Source of the DNA: the human T2T-CHM13v2.0 reference genome, Homo sapiens
Assembly: GCF_009914755.1 (NCBI RefSeq)
Contig: NC_060937.1
DNA: 64,000 nt
Reading direction: 5' to 3' (one strand)
In this document: in pieces, positions 56,703 to 64,000 of the stretch
How positions within the stretch are numbered: the first letter of the stretch is position 1
Layout: every line of letters starts with the position of its first letter
The notes under the pieces: generated by a model
What the model saw: only the letters and a program-made list of their open reading frames with translations
Database searches by the model: none
Told to the model about the DNA's origin: nothing
Made by a program: the position numbers and the translations under genes

Positions 56703-56868
56703 ACAACAGACAGCTGTGTAGAGGTGTGGCTTCAGCGACTGCCGAGGAAGGGTTATTTGTGGGTACAGCCATGGGATGTCAGAGGTGTCTCTATTCTGAC
56801 CTCAGGCACTGAGGTCCTGCCCACGAATGGCGTGGTAGTGTGGGGAATATCCGAAGGAAAACAGAGAG
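56703..56868 (+). pseudogene. Exon remnant with fibrinogen/COLFI-like N-terminal motif
   Basis: TTDSCVEVWLQRLPRKGYLWVQPWDV, frameshift, RCLYSDLRH*GPAHEW, resembling SCxEI...GxYWIxP...VYCDxxxxGGGW; weak splice sites. Confidence 0.4.
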
Positions 56869-57349
56869 GTGTCTGGATGATCTGTTTTGTTGCAGGAAGC
56901 AAACCAGCATGATGCAGGCAGCCTGAACTGAGAAAAGGAGGTTTCCGGATTTCCAAAGACACACTGAGTTCGCTGACATGTATCAGGGAGAAAAGCTCAT
57001 TCAGAGATCTCCGCTGTATTACAAATTTTAATTTCTCCTGGCGTGGGAGTTCACAGCAGCCTTATGGAGGGAAATTCCTCCAAGCCTGCGTGTCATAAAC
57101 TGAACTACAGGGTTTAGGGTCCTCAGGCTGCCCAGGGATGCTGGAGGTCCACAGGTCAACTGCAGGGAGATGGATTCCCCAAATGAGCAAGAGGGTTCTG
57201 ATGCTCAGGAAATAGATTAGTAGCTCCAGGCAGGTGTGGCTTCATGACCGTAAGGAAATGGAAGCAAAGAGTTGTTGGGCATGTAGAACTTTCATTTCTT
57301 GCACATTTATTCAGAGACAGAGCATATGCATTTTTGGTAGAAAATTCAA

Positions 57350-57955
57350 TATTGCTGTTGATCTCAAATTCAAGTGTAGCTGGGCACACATGCATACAGC
57401 TGTTAACCTTGAATTCAAGCGTACCTGGGCTGCTGTTTACTTTGAATTCAAGTGTATCTGGGCATGCATGCATACTGCTGTTCACCTCGAATTCAAGTGT
57501 AGCTGAGCACACATCTGTTCTCCTGTTTATCTCGAATTCAAGTGTTATCTGGGCATGCCTCGTGCTGCTGTTCACCTTGAAATCAAGTGTACCTGAGCAC
57601 GCATCTGTTCTGCTGTTTATCTCGAATTCAAGTGTATCTGGGCATGCATCGTGCTGATGTTTACCTCGAACTCAAGTGTAGCTGGGCACACATCGTGCTG
57701 CCGTTCACCTGAATTCAAGTGTACCTGAGCATGCATCCATACTGCTGTTTATCTCAAATTCAAGTGTACATGGGCACGCATCTTTTCTGCTGTTTATCTC
57801 GAATTCAAGTGTAGCTGGGCACGCATGCATACTGCTGTTCACCTCGAATTCAAGTGTACCTGAGCACGCATCTGTTTTGCTGTTTATCTCCAACTCAAAT
57901 GTACCTGAGCATGCATCTGTTCTGCTGTTTACCTCGAATTCCACTGTACCTGGGT
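57350..57955 (+). repeat. 45-bp minisatellite, about 14 copies, most with an EcoRI site
   Basis: gaattc or a variant at 57444, 57489, 57534, 57579, 57624, 57669 and 57711, 57756, 57801, 57846, 57891, 57936. Confidence 0.95.
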
Positions 57956-58339
57956 AGGCATGCCATACTTTTATTGGTTAACTAGAGCAATTTGTAAAGC
58001 AAACTATCATCATTTTCCCCAAGTTGTAACCCTTGGCAAATCATTTCCCCGAAGTTTCAACTTTGTTGAAATGGAAGCTAAGAAATTCCACACAATGTAT
58101 ATATTCCTGGTAAAGTTTGCCCAGTACCTGAGCCAACACCTAGGGAGGTAAGAGCAGACAGTGGAGGTTGGGGTACAGACAGATTTGGGTGACCCAGACC
58201 AAATCTGATCTTCTAGAACCAACAAATCCCACAGAGACAGGACAAATTGGCCTGTTTGGGGCCAGCATCCTGCGGGATCCCAGACGCTTATGTTATGTGT
58301 ATTTTAACACAATTTTAAAAATTGGAAAATAAAACAAAA

Positions 58340-58660
58340 CACCTAGAGCCATGATCTCTAAGGCCATGTGTGTTCTGCACCTATTACTTCTCACTCACTC
58401 CATTCCAGCCCCACTGGCCTTTTTCTGGCTCCTCAGACATGCCAAGCACTCCCTGCCTCAGGGCCTTTGCAGTGTCTGTTGCCCTCACGTGGAATGCTCT
58501 TCCCACAGATCTCTCTATGACTCTCTCTCTGTCACTTGCTCTGCTCTAATGTCTCTTTTTCAGTGAGGCCTTTCCTGATCACCCTACAGAAAAGCACCCA
58601 GCAATATTCTCTATTCCTTTTCCTTGCCTTGTCTTGGTAGCACTTGCTCCTTGCTGACAT
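58340..58660. mobile_element. L2 fragment
   Basis: ctgcctcagggcctttgcag...cagtgaggcctttcctgatcaccct. Confidence 0.75.
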
Positions 58661-59119
58661 ATAGAAAGAATATGTGTTTATGCAATGGTGAATGTGATGA
58701 CCACAGATTTTTCCCCAGCCCTGTTCTAGGCAGAGACTGGGAAATGGGTCATTCCTGTCCCCTATTCCAATTCTCTCCTTCTATAATGGCTTATTTTCCT
58801 TTTTAATGTTCTAACCTAATGTCGAGCAATTTCAGTTGATTTTTTCATAAGCTGGAAGGTCCATGAAATCTCTTTCTATGGCCATTATTTTCTCAAACAC
58901 TGCAGTGTCTTTTTTCAGTGTTTTCCATATATAATGATATTCCTAGGAATATCTCCTTGGCCTTCCTATCTAAATTCACCCAATGTGGTGTTCTTCATAT
59001 TTCAAGTAAATTCAATACTGCCTTCATAATTGTTGGCACCTTTAAACTTTTATTGTCCCTGATAGGTAGGTGCTCATCTTATTGGTTAAATGAATGATTT
59101 TGGCAATTTCGCTTTTTAA

Positions 59120-59359
<240 letters not shown>

Positions 59360-60056
59360 TAATCAGCCCATCTGGGTCTCCCAAAGTGCTGGGATTACAG
59401 GCTTCAGCCACAATGCACAGCCTAAAATGTCTTTTTGATAGAGTGATTTTGAAGATTAAGCAGGCTAGTGGGTCAAGCACGTAGTACAACATTTGAAGCC
59501 CAAAGGCAGGGAGTGTGAGCCCCAGGTGGTGGTGGGGGGGATGAAAGGAGAAGCAGGAGGCAATGGGGAATGAGGCACTTGAGACTGGAACTCAGGGCTC
59601 TTCAGAGAGAGAAGCTTCCAGGTCCTGGAGAAGGGGCAAGGCCCATGCGAGTCCCCTGAACGCTCAAAAGGAAGGGCCAGGTTTCCCTGACACAGAGGGC
59701 TCCGTGGTCTCCTCCCCTCCTTTTCACCTCAGGAGGGAGGGAAAGAGGGGAAGAGAAGGTCCTGCAGAGGAGGCAGGATGGCCGGTTGAGGGGGGCCTTG
59801 GGCGCTTTTTCCCAAGGGCTGCCTCCTGCGGCTGCCCCAGGGGCTTCCTTGAACAAGAATTCCCTGCTCTCCCGCTGAGAGCCAGGGTGGGTCCTCTGTC
59901 CCTCACCATGAAGTTCAATGAGTATTGGAGAGTCCGCATGAGGTGAAGGGGCTTCAGCCCAACCACTGGTCCCTGCTGCACTCACTCCTCAAAAAGGACC
60001 ACCAGCTGCCTGATGGTGAGCATGGAGCAGGTCTGAGTGGACCAGACTAGGGCCAA

Positions 60057-63180
<3,124 letters not shown>

Positions 63181-64000
63181 ATGTGATATAATAATCAGGT
63201 ATGGTTTTGCTGGGGTATATATTACATTGTTGTATTTTGCCTAGTCTATAGGATTAGGGGGAATAGCTGTGGTAAATTCCCACAGAGGCAGTTGCAAAAC
63301 TCCCTACACTTCTCTCTCCCATTTGCACTTTAGTTTGTTAAAATCTGCTAAAGCTGTTTCTAATTCACTACTTTGTAGCACTCTTTGGCTTTGTTTTGGA
63401 GGACTAGTAAATCAGTTAGCTGATATTGGTTTGAAAACCCTGAATCATAGGTCTTAAGCATTATTTGGAATTCCTTGGCAAACCTAAGGTGTCTTGAGTC
63501 AGATCAGGAAATCCAAACATCAGAGCACTTAATTCTGACTTGGTGTAAGGTGTATATCTTATGTTTGAACCCACTCTTCCTGTGGGTTTTGTTTTAAAAG
63601 AAATGACTACTATTTTGTCTTCTCCTGTAGCTATTTCTGGACCTTTGTGGTTTAAGAAGGAATACAGGGAGGAGAAAGAGAAAAAAAATGAAATCATCCA
63701 GGCAAGGAAGTTTAGAAAGCAGAGGTTTAGGAGAAGAAAAAGAAGAGACAGTTTCTGGCAGCTTCCTGATTTTAGAAGCTGATTTTGCTACTTTTCTTTA
63801 ATTCTGAGGTAGTTTCAAATATTTTGTTGTTACCTTTCTGGAAAGAAATAAGTTTATCATTTCTACTTTTGGATGTTTTTAGGTGCCAGCTAAAATACAA
63901 CCCTCATTTATTTTCCTTGATGCAGAAACCTAACTTCTCTAATTTAGCATACGAGAAGACCAGTTTGGGAATATTTAAAGTTCTTCACTTTGGGAACCTT

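Overview
Primate (human-like) Alu-dense genomic DNA with no intact protein-coding gene; nearly all listed ORFs are Alu, L1 or simple-repeat artefacts. The window looks like a mosaic of duplicated blocks. (1) 1-8044: Alu-packed intron-like DNA. (2) About 8045-18964: a block bounded by truncated Alus, with a REP522-like ~570-bp palindrome carrying mirrored CCAAT boxes, a purine-rich degenerate array, L1/MST remnants and a CpG island resembling the ANKRD18/ANKRD20A promoter-5'UTR, cut just before the ATG. (3) About 20.7-27.1 kb: GC-rich DNA with orphan minus-strand exon candidates. (4) About 27.4-58.3 kb: a minisatellite-rich block with 26, 45, 49 and 110 bp arrays, GATA/GA arrays and many local templated copies. 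(5) 58.3-64 kb: L2, an L1MA and exon-like fragments. Main finding: about 13 small plus-strand segments between the repeats of block 4, most with AG/GT borders, can be joined by hand into a decayed multi-exon gene. It appears to encode three tandem LamG-3/ConA-like domains followed by a fibrinogen-like motif, and one exon is split by an L1 insertion with a 14-bp target-site duplication. Family assignments are manual pattern recognition and need HMM/BLAST confirmation.
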